From: a virus
Lineage: Duplodnaviria; Caudoviricetes
Virus record (IMG/VR): IMGVR_UViG_3300037467_002055
Coordinates: 1 to 64,000 of that record
Length of the DNA: 64,000 nucleotides
Direction: 5' to 3' (one strand)
Numbering within the stretch: the stretch's first letter is position 1; each line of letters opens with the position of its first letter. The translations under genes were made by a program, and so were the position numbers. The notes under the pieces are model-generated. The model saw nothing but the letters and a program-made list of their open reading frames with translations, had not been told where the DNA came from and made no database searches. This document shows positions 34,122 through 42,702 of the stretch, piece after piece.

Positions 34122-34745
34122 ATGCATGACCCTACTGGCGAGCGGTACGGCCAGCTCACGGTGATGGGATACAGCGGGCGCAAGTACAAGAACGGTGACC
34201 GGTATGTCACCGTTCTTTGCGACTGCGGCACCGAAAAGGAGATGACGTACCCGAGTGTCAAGAGCCCGCGTGGCAGCCGCAGCTGCGGCTGCCAGCGCTG
34301 GAAGGGCGTACATCTTGCCAGCGGCACGCCGCTGTATCGGGTATGGCTTGCAATGCGTCGCCGTTGCTACTCTCCTGCTGACCGCAGCTATTCAAACTAC
34401 GGTGGGCGCGGCATCACGATATGCCGACGTTGGCGGTCGTATAGCGCATTCGCTGCTGACATGGAGCCTACGTTCAAACCTGGCCTAGTGATCGATAGGG
34501 TGCATAACAACAAGGGGTACAGCAAGGCCAATTGCCGCTGGGTTACCAGAGCAGAAAGTAACCGCAACACTCGAGCAAATATCAGCGTCCTAGTCGATGG
34601 GCAGGTGTTGTGCTTTGCAGAGATTGTCCGGCTGTACGGGACAAGGAAATATCGAAGTGCGCTGCACAGATATCGGAAAGGGCTGTCGGTCGCGGATGCG
34701 ATCGATGCGACCGATCTTGCAATCAAATTTACGGAGATAGTATGA
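34122..34745 (+). CDS. free-standing HNH homing endonuclease
   Basis: YG.LTV..CDCG..SCGC; LYRVW..MRRRC, YGGRGI.IC.RW, IDR..N.KGY...NCRW. Confidence 0.85.
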   Translation: MHDPTGERYGQLTVMGYSGRKYKNGDRYVTVLCDCGTEKEMTYPSVKSPRGSRSCGCQRWKGVHLASGTPLYRVWLAMRRRCYSPADRSYSNYGGRGITICRRWRSYSAFAADMEPTFKPGLVIDRVHNNKGYSKANCRWVTRAESNRNTRANISVLVDGQVLCFAEIVRLYGTRKYRSALHRYRKGLSVADAIDATDLAIKFTEIV

Positions 34746-37700
34746 AGCGCTACCGCCGCGGGGCTGTGGATATGAGCTCGTTCATGTGGACGATGATGTC
34801 GTGGGGTAAGGATGCTGAAAACGGCTATGAGGTCGAGCACGAGGGCAAGAAGGTCTACATCAACAGCGCTGCCTACGGCTACGACAATACGCTGGGCCGC
34901 ATGTTGGACTGCATGAAGGCCTATAAGCTGAACCCGATCGACGTCATCTTAGTGTTCGAGGGCCAGAACAGCAAGGGCAAGCGCCTGCTGATCGACAACC
35001 AGTACAAGGGTGGGGGCGAGAGCAGCCGGCCGCCTGAGGCGTACGCGGAATTCGAGAAGTGCCGCGAGATGCTCAAGACGACCTTCCGCGAGCTAGGCGC
35101 TCAATTAATGTGGCAGGACTTCGCCGAGGGCGACGACACGCTCGCCTGGCTGGCTTTCAACACCGAGGACGACCTGATCGTCTTCACGTTCGACAACGAC
35201 CTGACGGCGCTCAACCTGCACCCGAACGCGTACGGCGCGCGCGTCTCGACGTGGATCAACGAGATGTTCGAACACAACAAGTACGGCCTGTTCGACTACC
35301 ACCTCGTCACCACCTACAAGGCGCTGGTCGGCGACGCGTCCGACAACATCAAGGGTTGCCCGGGCTTAGGCCCGAAGAAGTTCGAGGCGCTGTGCGAGAA
35401 GTACGGCTTCGACGGCCTGGCCGAGATCCATGCCATGCTGCTGCGCAGCGACCTGTCGCCGCTGGCCGAGTACATCGGCCCGGACGACAAGCTGCTGCAG
35501 ATGATCCTCGATAACGCGCCGCAGGTGATTCGCTGCTTCGACCTTGCCCGGCTGCGCCCGGAATGGGTCAACACGATGCGCCAGCCGATCCACTGGGAAG
35601 CCGGCATGGTGCGCCAGCTGCTGCCCACCGACCGCGACCCGCGCCTCAAGCCCTGGTACGGCCGCGTGCGCCTGATCACGGCCGCCAGCTTCGCGGACGC
35701 CTGCGCCTGGGCGCGGCCGCACATCGAGGCTTCGCGCGACATCGCGCTCGACATCGAGACGTCGACGCCGGACGAGTCGGACGAGTGGCTGGCCGCGATC
35801 GGCGATCCGGACGGCGTCGACGTGTTCGGCTCCACGCTGACCGGCCTGTCGCTGACGTTCGGCACGAACAACCAGTACACGTTCTACTTCTCGGTCGACC
35901 ACGCCGACACGGACAACATCGACAGCGAGGATCTGCGCCAGTTCATCGCCTCGATTCCGCAGGAAAAAGAGCTGATCATCCAGAACGTCTCGTTCGAGCT
36001 GGCGGTCCTGTTCAACGCCTGGGGCGCGCGCCAGATGGACAACGGCTACCACGGCTTCCTGCCGAACGTGCGCGACACGAAGTTCGAGGCCAACTACGTC
36101 GACGAGAACATCCCGACCGGCCTGAAGCAGCGCTCGCACGGCACCTTGGGCTACCGCCAGGAGACCTACGAGGAGACGTGCACGATCACCGCGCACCCGT
36201 CGAAGCTGCCACGCGGCGGCAAACTGCTGCGCGAGGAGTACGTCTACGAGACGGTCGGCACCGGCCGCTTCGAGCCGCTGACGGAGGAGGAGATCGCCGC
36301 CGGCGTCGTGCCGATGGAGATCATGAAGACGCAGCTGGTCGAGGGGGAGGATGGCGAGCCGGTCGTGGCGACGCACACGCGCCGCTACAAGATGCGCGAG
36401 CTGACCGCGCAGCACGTCCTTGGCTATGGCGCCGACGACACGATCTGCACGATCGCGCTGCACAATTTCTACAAGCTGTTCCTGCAGCTGGAGCACTCGT
36501 ATCAGGTCTATCTGCAGGTGGAGATCGATGCGGCCTACCAGCACGCGAAGAACTTCATCGACGGCACCGAGGTGTCGATCGCGCGCTGCAAGGAGCTCGA
36601 GCGCGAAGACGACGCCACGTACGAGAAGGCCTGGGCAGTGGTGCGCGAGTACCTGATCGAGCAGGGCTGGGCCGGCACGTCGCCGCCGACCTATACGGTC
36701 GACATCACGCCGGCGCAGATCAAGGAGGCGTACACGATCGTGACCGGCGAAGTGCTCGACTCGATGATGCGCACGCCGTCGAAGATCGTGAAATTCATCG
36801 AGTCGACGACGGAGCATCTGCAGTTCGCCCGGATGCTGGATACTCTGGTGCAGGCCAACAAAGAGGGTGGCCTGTCGGCTTGCATGGAGGCGGAGGAGGC
36901 GTTCAACAAGTACGTCCGCTCCTACTTCAAGGGCGAGCCGCAGTTCAACAAGGGCTCGCCGCTGCAGATGCAAAAGCTGATGTACGAGGTGATGGGCCTG
37001 CCGATCCGCGTGCGCAACATGCCGACCGACGCGATGAAGAAGGCCGGCATCCGCGAGGGCACGCCGAAGACGGACGCCCTGGCCGTGGCCTACGCCTTGC
37101 AGGATTGCATGCCGGAGCAGAAGCCCGTGCTGGAAGCCTTGAAGCTGATGGGCATGGTCACAACGCGCCGCTCGCTGTACTACTCGAAATACCCGTACTT
37201 CCCGCACTGGAAGGATGGCAAGATCCGTTCACAGCATAACCAGTGCGCTGCGGTCACACGTCGCGCTACAGAGTCCAAACCAAACAAGACCCAACTACCC
37301 AAGCACCAGAAGATCGAGGGGCAGGAGGCTAAGTTCCGTGAAGTGATTCGACCGCACCGACCGGACGCCGTTGTTGTGTCGATGGACTTCGACAGCCAGG
37401 AGATGGTTCTGATCGCCGAGCAATCCCAGGACCCGAACATGCTGGCCTGCTTTGTGGGCGAGAATCGAAAATCCCCGCACTCGATCACGGGTCTCGGTAT
37501 CCTGCTGGCCGAGCACGGCGGAGGCTGGAGCTACGAGGCGTTTGTCGAAGCACTTGAAAGCAAAACGCACCCGCAGCACAAGCTGGTGAAGGACAGCCGC
37601 ACGCTAGGCAAGAAGGTGAACTTTACGGCTGAGTATCTGGCGCAGGCTCCGAAGGTGGCCGCGACCTTGATGGTCACGGAGGAGAAGGCTCAGATGTTCC

Positions 37701-38227
37701 TTGATGCGCGAGAGGCTATGTATCCGGTGGCCGGCGCGTGGAAGGAAGGGATTATCGCGGAAGTCAAGGAGCGAGGCTACGTGCGAACCATGATGGGTGC
37801 AGTGCGCCACCTGAGCGATCAACTCTTGAACGGCACCAACTTCGAAAAGAGCAAAGCAGAGCGCCAAGCCGTGAATTTCTGCGTTCAGGGACCCGCCGGC
37901 GAGCAAACAAAGCTCGCGGAGGGGCGCATGTGGAAAGACAACCTGTTCTACGATTTCGATGCCGTTTGCTATGGGCCCATCCATGATGAAGTGGTTGCTT
38001 CTGTGGCAATAAAAGATCTTCACGCCTTCCTGCCTCGGATGCACGCTTGCATGGTGGCACCTTACTCAACAATGAAGCTGGAAGTGGTCTCCACGATCTC
38101 ATTCGGGCCGAACTTCTACCGCCAAACGGAGATCGGCCCGAAGCCGACGCGCGAGGCGATCGACAAGGGTCTGTCGGAGATGTATGAGGCGATGCGTAAG
38201 CGAGGGGAACTGAAGGAAGCAGCCTGA
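34742..38227 (+). CDS. family A DNA polymerase with 5'-3' and 3'-5' exonuclease domains
   Basis: EGDD.LA / DNDL / GDASDNIKGCPG.G.K (5'-3' exo); ALDIET (3'-5' exo); MDFDSQE, R..GK..NF..EY, IHDE (motifs A, B, C); ATGA overlap at 34742. Confidence 0.9.
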   Translation: MKRYRRGAVDMSSFMWTMMSWGKDAENGYEVEHEGKKVYINSAAYGYDNTLGRMLDCMKAYKLNPIDVILVFEGQNSKGKRLLIDNQYKGGGESSRPPEAYAEFEKCREMLKTTFRELGAQLMWQDFAEGDDTLAWLAFNTEDDLIVFTFDNDLTALNLHPNAYGARVSTWINEMFEHNKYGLFDYHLVTTYKALVGDASDNIKGCPGLGPKKFEALCEKYGFDGLAEIHAMLLRSDLSPLAEYIGPDDKLLQMILDNAPQVIRCFDLARLRPEWVNTMRQPIHWEAGMVRQLLPTDRDPRLKPWYGRVRLITAASFADACAWARPHIEASRDIALDIETSTPDESDEWLAAIGDPDGVDVFGSTLTGLSLTFGTNNQYTFYFSVDHADTDNIDSEDLRQFIASIPQEKELIIQNVSFELAVLFNAWGARQMDNGYHGFLPNVRDTKFEANYVDENIPTGLKQRSHGTLGYRQETYEETCTITAHPSKLPRGGKLLREEYVYETVGTGRFEPLTEEEIAAGVVPMEIMKTQLVEGEDGEPVVATHTRRYKMRELTAQHVLGYGADDTICTIALHNFYKLFLQLEHSYQVYLQVEIDAAYQHAKNFIDGTEVSIARCKELEREDDATYEKAWAVVREYLIEQGWAGTSPPTYTVDITPAQIKEAYTIVTGEVLDSMMRTPSKIVKFIESTTEHLQFARMLDTLVQANKEGGLSACMEAEEAFNKYVRSYFKGEPQFNKGSPLQMQKLMYEVMGLPIRVRNMPTDAMKKAGIREGTPKTDALAVAYALQDCMPEQKPVLEALKLMGMVTTRRSLYYSKYPYFPHWKDGKIRSQHNQCAAVTRRATESKPNKTQLPKHQKIEGQEAKFREVIRPHRPDAVVVSMDFDSQEMVLIAEQSQDPNMLACFVGENRKSPHSITGLGILLAEHGGGWSYEAFVEALESKTHPQHKLVKDSRTLGKKVNFTAEYLAQAPKVAATLMVTEEKAQMFLDAREAMYPVAGAWKEGIIAEVKERGYVRTMMGAVRHLSDQLLNGTNFEKSKAERQAVNFCVQGPAGEQTKLAEGRMWKDNLFYDFDAVCYGPIHDEVVASVAIKDLHAFLPRMHACMVAPYSTMKLEVVSTISFGPNFYRQTEIGPKPTREAIDKGLSEMYEAMRKRGELKEAA

Positions 38228-38230
38228 TGC

Positions 38231-38284
38231 TTGCCACGCTGCAGCTCCTGGTGTAGAGTTAGTTTGTTTACTTAGGGAGCTGCA
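38231..38284 (+). promoter_or_regulatory. sigma70-like promoter interleaved with an RBS-occluding hairpin
   Basis: TTGCCA-17 nt-TAGAGT; TGCAGCTCC (38240-48) / GGAGCTGCA (38276-84). Confidence 0.7.
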
Positions 38285-38950
38285 ATGATTGGGAAAGTAT
38301 TTGGAAGGCTGACTGTTATCGCCGAAGCGGAGCGCCTCAAGAAGTACGAGAGACGCTTCGTTTGCAGATGCGCTTGCGGGGGAGAGAAGACCGTCACAAG
38401 ACAGAATCTTGTGGGCGGAGGAACCTCCAGCTGTGGCTGCCTGAAGCGGGAAATGCTCCTGCAGCGTAACGCAAAACTGGCGACACACGGCATGTCCAAG
38501 ACTTCGGAGTACCTGGCCTGGATAAACATCCACAGGCGCTGCGGAGATCCGAAGGACAAGGCCTACGGTCGCTACGGCGCCGTCGGTATCAGGGTCTGCA
38601 AACGTTGGCGCACCTTCGAGAATTTTATCTCTGATATGGGGATGAAACCGACACCGGAGCACCAGATAGAGCGGCGCAAAAACTCTCAAGGCTACAGCCC
38701 GGGTAACTGCTACTGGGCCACAACGAAAGCGCAATCCCGTAACAAGTCATCTAACGTGGAAGTTGTGTACGGCGGAGAGTCGATGGTTCTCCGAGACGCC
38801 TGTAGCCGGGCTGGTCTGAACTACTGGACGGTCTGGAGCAGGATTGACAAGGGTTGGCCGCCGAAGCGGTGGTTCGAGCCGACAAACCGAAAGAATAACC
38901 CCACCCCGCCCGGCCGCCGCGCCGGGCTTCAACCTGAAAGGAAAACATGA
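38285..38950 (+). CDS. free-standing HNH homing endonuclease
   Basis: GKVFGRLTV..CRCACG..SSCGC; HGMS...EY.AW, YG..GIRVC.RW..F.NF..DMG, IER..N..GY.P.NC.WAT. Confidence 0.85.
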   Translation: MIGKVFGRLTVIAEAERLKKYERRFVCRCACGGEKTVTRQNLVGGGTSSCGCLKREMLLQRNAKLATHGMSKTSEYLAWINIHRRCGDPKDKAYGRYGAVGIRVCKRWRTFENFISDMGMKPTPEHQIERRKNSQGYSPGNCYWATTKAQSRNKSSNVEVVYGGESMVLRDACSRAGLNYWTVWSRIDKGWPPKRWFEPTNRKNNPTPPGRRAGLQPERKT

Positions 38951-39156
38951 AACCCGAAATCACCATCGCCATCAGCGGCCCGACCGGCGCTGGCAAGACC
39001 ACGCTGGCGCAGTACATCGCCGCGGACCTGAAGATCCGCTACGGCATCGACGTCAAGCTGATCGACGACGGCCACGAGCAGTCGCTGCCGACCTCGACCA
39101 CCACCCTGAAATCCCACTTCAAGCCGCAAGTCACCGTCTCCGTGGAGCAAAAATAA
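38947..39156 (+). CDS. miniature P-loop protein
   Basis: IAISGPTGAGKTTLA Walker A in only 69 aa; AAGGA RBS. Confidence 0.65.
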   Translation: MKPEITIAISGPTGAGKTTLAQYIAADLKIRYGIDVKLIDDGHEQSLPTSTTTLKSHFKPQVTVSVEQK

Positions 39157-40034
39157 TGACCTTCAAACCCCTGCTGGCCGTCGAGGCCGATTTCGACATC
39201 CTGACCTACCCCAAGCTGGCCAGTATCAAGCTGGACGGCATCCGCTGCATCATCGTCGACGGTCAGGCCGTGACGCGCAGCTTGAAGCCGATCCCGAACG
39301 AGTACATCCGCAATCTGCTGTCACGGCCGGACTTCAACGGCCTGGATGGCGAGATCCTGTGTGCCGAGCCGACCGACCCGGATTGCTACCGGAAGACCAA
39401 CAGCGCCGTGATGAGCAAGGATGGCACGCCGCCCTTCGTCTTTTACGTGTTCGACAAGCATGATGAGGACGCCCATTTCAGGGAGCGCCTCGGCCGGGCC
39501 CATGACCTTGCCGCCCAGATGTATGACGTGCGCGTGATGCTGCTGGAGCACACCTTCGTCACCTGCAAGGAGGAGCTCGACGAATTCGAGCAGCAGGCGG
39601 TCGACGCCGGCCACGAGGGCATCATGCTGCGCTGCCCGCAGGGCCGCTACAAGCAGGGCCGCTCGACGGCCAAGGAGCAGATCCTGCTGAAAGTGAAGCG
39701 CTTCGTCGACGGCGAGGCCGAGGTGATCGGTGTGCAGGAGGAGATGGCCAACATGAATGAGGCGACGAAGAATGCCTTGGGCCAGACCGAGCGCTCGTCG
39801 CACGCCGCCGGCAAGGTGGGCAAGGGTACGATGGGCGCCTTGCTGGTGCGCGACCTTGCGACCGGCGTTGAGTTCTCGATTGGCAGCGGCTTCACCCGGG
39901 CCGACCGCGAGGCGGATTGGCCAGTGGGCACGCTCGTGAAGTACAAGTCGTTCCCGGTCGGGGTCCTCAATAAGCCTCGGTTTCCGATCTTCCTCGGCTT
40001 GCGCGCTCGCGAGGATATGTCGGAGGCTGCATGA
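39156..40034 (+). CDS. ATP-dependent DNA ligase
   Basis: KLDGIRC, DGEI, FYVFD, EGIMLR, LLKVKRF, OB domain ending PRFP. Confidence 0.9.
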   Translation: MTFKPLLAVEADFDILTYPKLASIKLDGIRCIIVDGQAVTRSLKPIPNEYIRNLLSRPDFNGLDGEILCAEPTDPDCYRKTNSAVMSKDGTPPFVFYVFDKHDEDAHFRERLGRAHDLAAQMYDVRVMLLEHTFVTCKEELDEFEQQAVDAGHEGIMLRCPQGRYKQGRSTAKEQILLKVKRFVDGEAEVIGVQEEMANMNEATKNALGQTERSSHAAGKVGKGTMGALLVRDLATGVEFSIGSGFTRADREADWPVGTLVKYKSFPVGVLNKPRFPIFLGLRAREDMSEAA

Positions 40035-40225
40035 AGGTCATCAAGGCGCCTGACACCGTCGAGCTGACCGAGCGCCAGGTCCTTGCGGCGCTGGCCGACG
40101 CGGTGCGCAAAGAAACCGGCCGCGAGATGGACTTCATCACGCATGCCGAGGTGTTCGATTGCGGGGCTGTCGACCGGCCAAATCAGAAACTGCTCAATAT
40201 CACCGTAACCCTGAAAGACGAGTAA
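40031..40225 (+). CDS. hypothetical protein
   Basis: GGAGG RBS, ATGA overlap. Confidence 0.6.
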   Translation: MKVIKAPDTVELTERQVLAALADAVRKETGREMDFITHAEVFDCGAVDRPNQKLLNITVTLKDE

Positions 40226-41133
40226 TGGAAAACAACTACCTGAACCTCCTACGCGAGATCCTTGTCAAGGGTATCCGCCAGTCCAATCGCACCGGCGTCG
40301 ACACGTACACGCTGCCCGGCGCCTCGCTGCGCTTCGATCTGCGCGACGGCTTCCCGGCCATCACGACAAAGAAGCTGGCCTTCGACGCCGTCAAGGGCGA
40401 GCTGATCGGCTTCCTGCGCGGCGCTACGAACGCGGCTGACTTCCGCGCGCTGGGCTGCAGGGTGTGGGACCAGAACGCAAACGAGAACAAGGCGTGGCTG
40501 GCCAATCCGGCGCGCAAGGGCGTGGACGACCTGGGCAGGATCTACAGCGCGCAGTGGCGCGATTTCGGCCACACATGGAGCGATCCTGAAGGGCTGCACG
40601 GCCATGCCGGCCTGACGATGACTTCGGTGAAGGTCGACCAGATCGCCGTCGCCCTCGACACGCTGCGTTACGACCCGCACAGCCGTCGCATCCTCGTCAG
40701 CGCCTGGAACCCGGCCGAGCTGAACCAGGCCGCGCTGCCACCCTGCCACGTGCTGTTCCAGCTGCTGCCGCACGTCGATGACAAGGTGCTGCACATGACG
40801 ATGTACATGCGCAGTGCCGACATGTTCCTCGGCGTGCCGTTCAACATCGCCTCGTACGCACTGCTGCTGGAGATGTTCGCGGCATGGAGCGGCTACCGCG
40901 CCGGCACCTTGACCATGTTCTTCGCCGACGCCCACATCTATGAGAACCACATCGACCAGGTGCATGAGCAGCTGGCGCGCGAGCCGTACCCGCTGCCGAA
41001 GCTGCTGCTGGACATGCCGGAGCGCGCGGTCGACATGGAGCTGGAAGCGCTGCTGCGCCACCTGGAGCCGCGCCGCATCGCGCTGCTCGATTACCAATCC
41101 CACGCGGCGATCAAAGCGCCGATGGCGGTATGA
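40225..41133 (+). CDS. thyA: thymidylate synthase
   Basis: TTKK, SRRILVSAWNP, ALPPCH, RSADMFLGVPFNIASY, AHIYENH. Confidence 0.95.
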   Translation: MENNYLNLLREILVKGIRQSNRTGVDTYTLPGASLRFDLRDGFPAITTKKLAFDAVKGELIGFLRGATNAADFRALGCRVWDQNANENKAWLANPARKGVDDLGRIYSAQWRDFGHTWSDPEGLHGHAGLTMTSVKVDQIAVALDTLRYDPHSRRILVSAWNPAELNQAALPPCHVLFQLLPHVDDKVLHMTMYMRSADMFLGVPFNIASYALLLEMFAAWSGYRAGTLTMFFADAHIYENHIDQVHEQLAREPYPLPKLLLDMPERAVDMELEALLRHLEPRRIALLDYQSHAAIKAPMAV

Positions 41134-41582
41134 GCGCCCTCGGAACACGCGGCAAGTGGGCCGAGGGGAAGGTGCGCGACTGGATGAAGGCGCGCAGCGA
41201 GGCTGACAGCCAGTTCGCCTTCCTGCGCTACCCTGACGCCCGGGCCGGTTCGGCCCAGCCGGCGCCGTCGGACTTCGAGGCCACGCACCGCGGCACGAAC
41301 TTCAAGATCGAGGTGAAGGAGGTCAAGATCACGACCGTCTCCAGCCGGCGGCTGCCGGCGGCGAACTTCGCGGCCGACAAGGTGGCGCGCATGCGCAAGT
41401 GGAGTCTAGCCGGCTCTCCGGGCTGGGTCATCATCTGCCACCTGACCGAAGGGCGCGGCGGCATGAAGGAGTGGCGCCTCGTGCCGGTCGCCGAGTTCTT
41501 CGAGCGCGCCGCGTCCTGGGACGTGTCGAAGTATCCGGCTTATCCCAAGGTCGAGGACGTGATGGTGCAGCTGTTTCCTTGA
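41130..41582 (+). CDS. PD-(D/E)XK nuclease, Holliday junction resolvase-like
   Basis: G..AE, PSDF, IEVKE. Confidence 0.65.
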   Translation: MSALGTRGKWAEGKVRDWMKARSEADSQFAFLRYPDARAGSAQPAPSDFEATHRGTNFKIEVKEVKITTVSSRRLPAANFAADKVARMRKWSLAGSPGWVIICHLTEGRGGMKEWRLVPVAEFFERAASWDVSKYPAYPKVEDVMVQLFP

Positions 41583-41607
41583 CGGCAGGCAAACCTTGCA
41601 GCAAAAT
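41579..41607 (+). promoter_or_regulatory. sigma70-like promoter
   Basis: TTGACG-17 nt-CAAAAT; GCAA-acc-TTGC in spacer. Confidence 0.5.
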
Positions 41608-41620
41608 GGCAGTAACTTTG

Positions 41621-41641
41621 AGAGGCCCTTCGGGCCTCTTT
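41621..41641 (+). terminator. GC-rich hairpin (weak terminator or 5' stabiliser)
   Basis: AGAGGCCC-TTC-GGGCCTCT followed by only a short T run. Confidence 0.5.
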
Positions 41642-41664
41642 CCACACCCATACGAGAAAATAAA

Positions 41665-42702
41665 ATGACACTTACGGTAGTGAATGATTGGCATTTGGGC
41701 TGTATCAGGTCGTCAGGAACGACGCCGGCGACGGCCGCCCAGCTGCGCGCCGACCTCCTGAAAGCCGGCGAAGAGATCCTGTATGGCGTCGAGGGCGATC
41801 TCCTCGTCAACGGCGACCTGTTCGATGGTCCGGACATCCCACGCGCGGATCTGCTGCAGGCGGTGCGCATCTTCAGCGACTGGCTGACGAGGACCGGGAA
41901 GCATCTGTTCCTCGCGAACGGTAATCACGACCTCGACAAGAATAGCACCCGGCTGTCGTCCTTCCAGTTTTTCGCGCAATTGCTGATCGAGATGTGGGGC
42001 CCCGAGCGCGTCACGCACATCGTCGAAGGCACGCGGCTTGAGCAGCATGATGCCTATGTAATTTGTCATGTCGCTAATCAAGACCTGTTCAATCTGGAAC
42101 TGGCCAAGGTGCCGGCGTGTCGCTTCCTGTTCGTGCACGTGAATTACGCGAACCAGTTCGCGGTCGAGTCCGACCACAGCCTGAACCTGTCGAAGGAACA
42201 GGCCGAAGCCCTGCCGGTCGAGTACATCGTGTTCGGCCACGAGCACCAGGCCCGGACCGAGCTGGGCGGCAAGGTCGTGATCGTTGGGAATCAGTTCCCG
42301 TCGTCGATCAGCGACTGCCTGGGCAACACGGACAAGGCGCTGCTGCGCGTCGAGGACGATGGGCGCTATGCGCTGCACACGACGTGGCAGGCGCCGGGCG
42401 ACTACAGCGAGCAGGACTGGCGCTCGCTCGAAGACCGGGGCCGCTTCATCCGGGTGGCCGGCACGGCCACGGCCGGCGAGGCCGACAAGGTCATGTCGGC
42501 GCTGGGCCGCTTTCGGCGCGAGGCGAACGCCCTAGTTATCACCAACGCGGTGAAGATCGAGGGCGTCACCGACGGCGAGGAGCTGCAGCTGTCGCACGAG
42601 GACGTCACCATGTTCAACGTGATGGAGGCGCTGCGCGAATACCTTGGGCCCGAGGATGCGGCCGAGGTCGACAAAATCATGGGAGAAGAAAGTGCTGCGT
42701 AA
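41665..42702 (+). CDS. SbcD/Mre11-like nuclease
   Basis: DWH, GDLFD, GNHD, GHEH metallophosphoesterase motifs; next to SbcC-like gene. Confidence 0.85.
   Translation: MTLTVVNDWHLGCIRSSGTTPATAAQLRADLLKAGEEILYGVEGDLLVNGDLFDGPDIPRADLLQAVRIFSDWLTRTGKHLFLANGNHDLDKNSTRLSSFQFFAQLLIEMWGPERVTHIVEGTRLEQHDAYVICHVANQDLFNLELAKVPACRFLFVHVNYANQFAVESDHSLNLSKEQAEALPVEYIVFGHEHQARTELGGKVVIVGNQFPSSISDCLGNTDKALLRVEDDGRYALHTTWQAPGDYSEQDWRSLEDRGRFIRVAGTATAGEADKVMSALGRFRREANALVITNAVKIEGVTDGEELQLSHEDVTMFNVMEALREYLGPEDAAEVDKIMGEESAA

Noticed and set aside
36170-36380. Polymerase insert as an intein or intron
   Set aside because: Too short, lacks Cys/Ser start and His-Asn end, and the frame is uninterrupted
35366-37207. 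613-aa antisense ORF, and similar ones at 27173-28267, 43040-44836, 57292-59367 and 62230-63894
   Set aside because: Shadow ORFs expected opposite GC3-rich genes; no RBS or protein motifs, unlike the methyltransferase overlapping frame
38908-38927. GCCCGGC/GCCGGGC hairpin as a terminator
   Set aside because: No U-tract, lies inside the HNH 3' end, and such stems are common at this GC content
40225-41133. ThyA as a base-hypermodification enzyme
   Set aside because: It retains Asn in PFNIASY (dUMP-specific) and no glycosyl- or amino-transferase genes are adjacent
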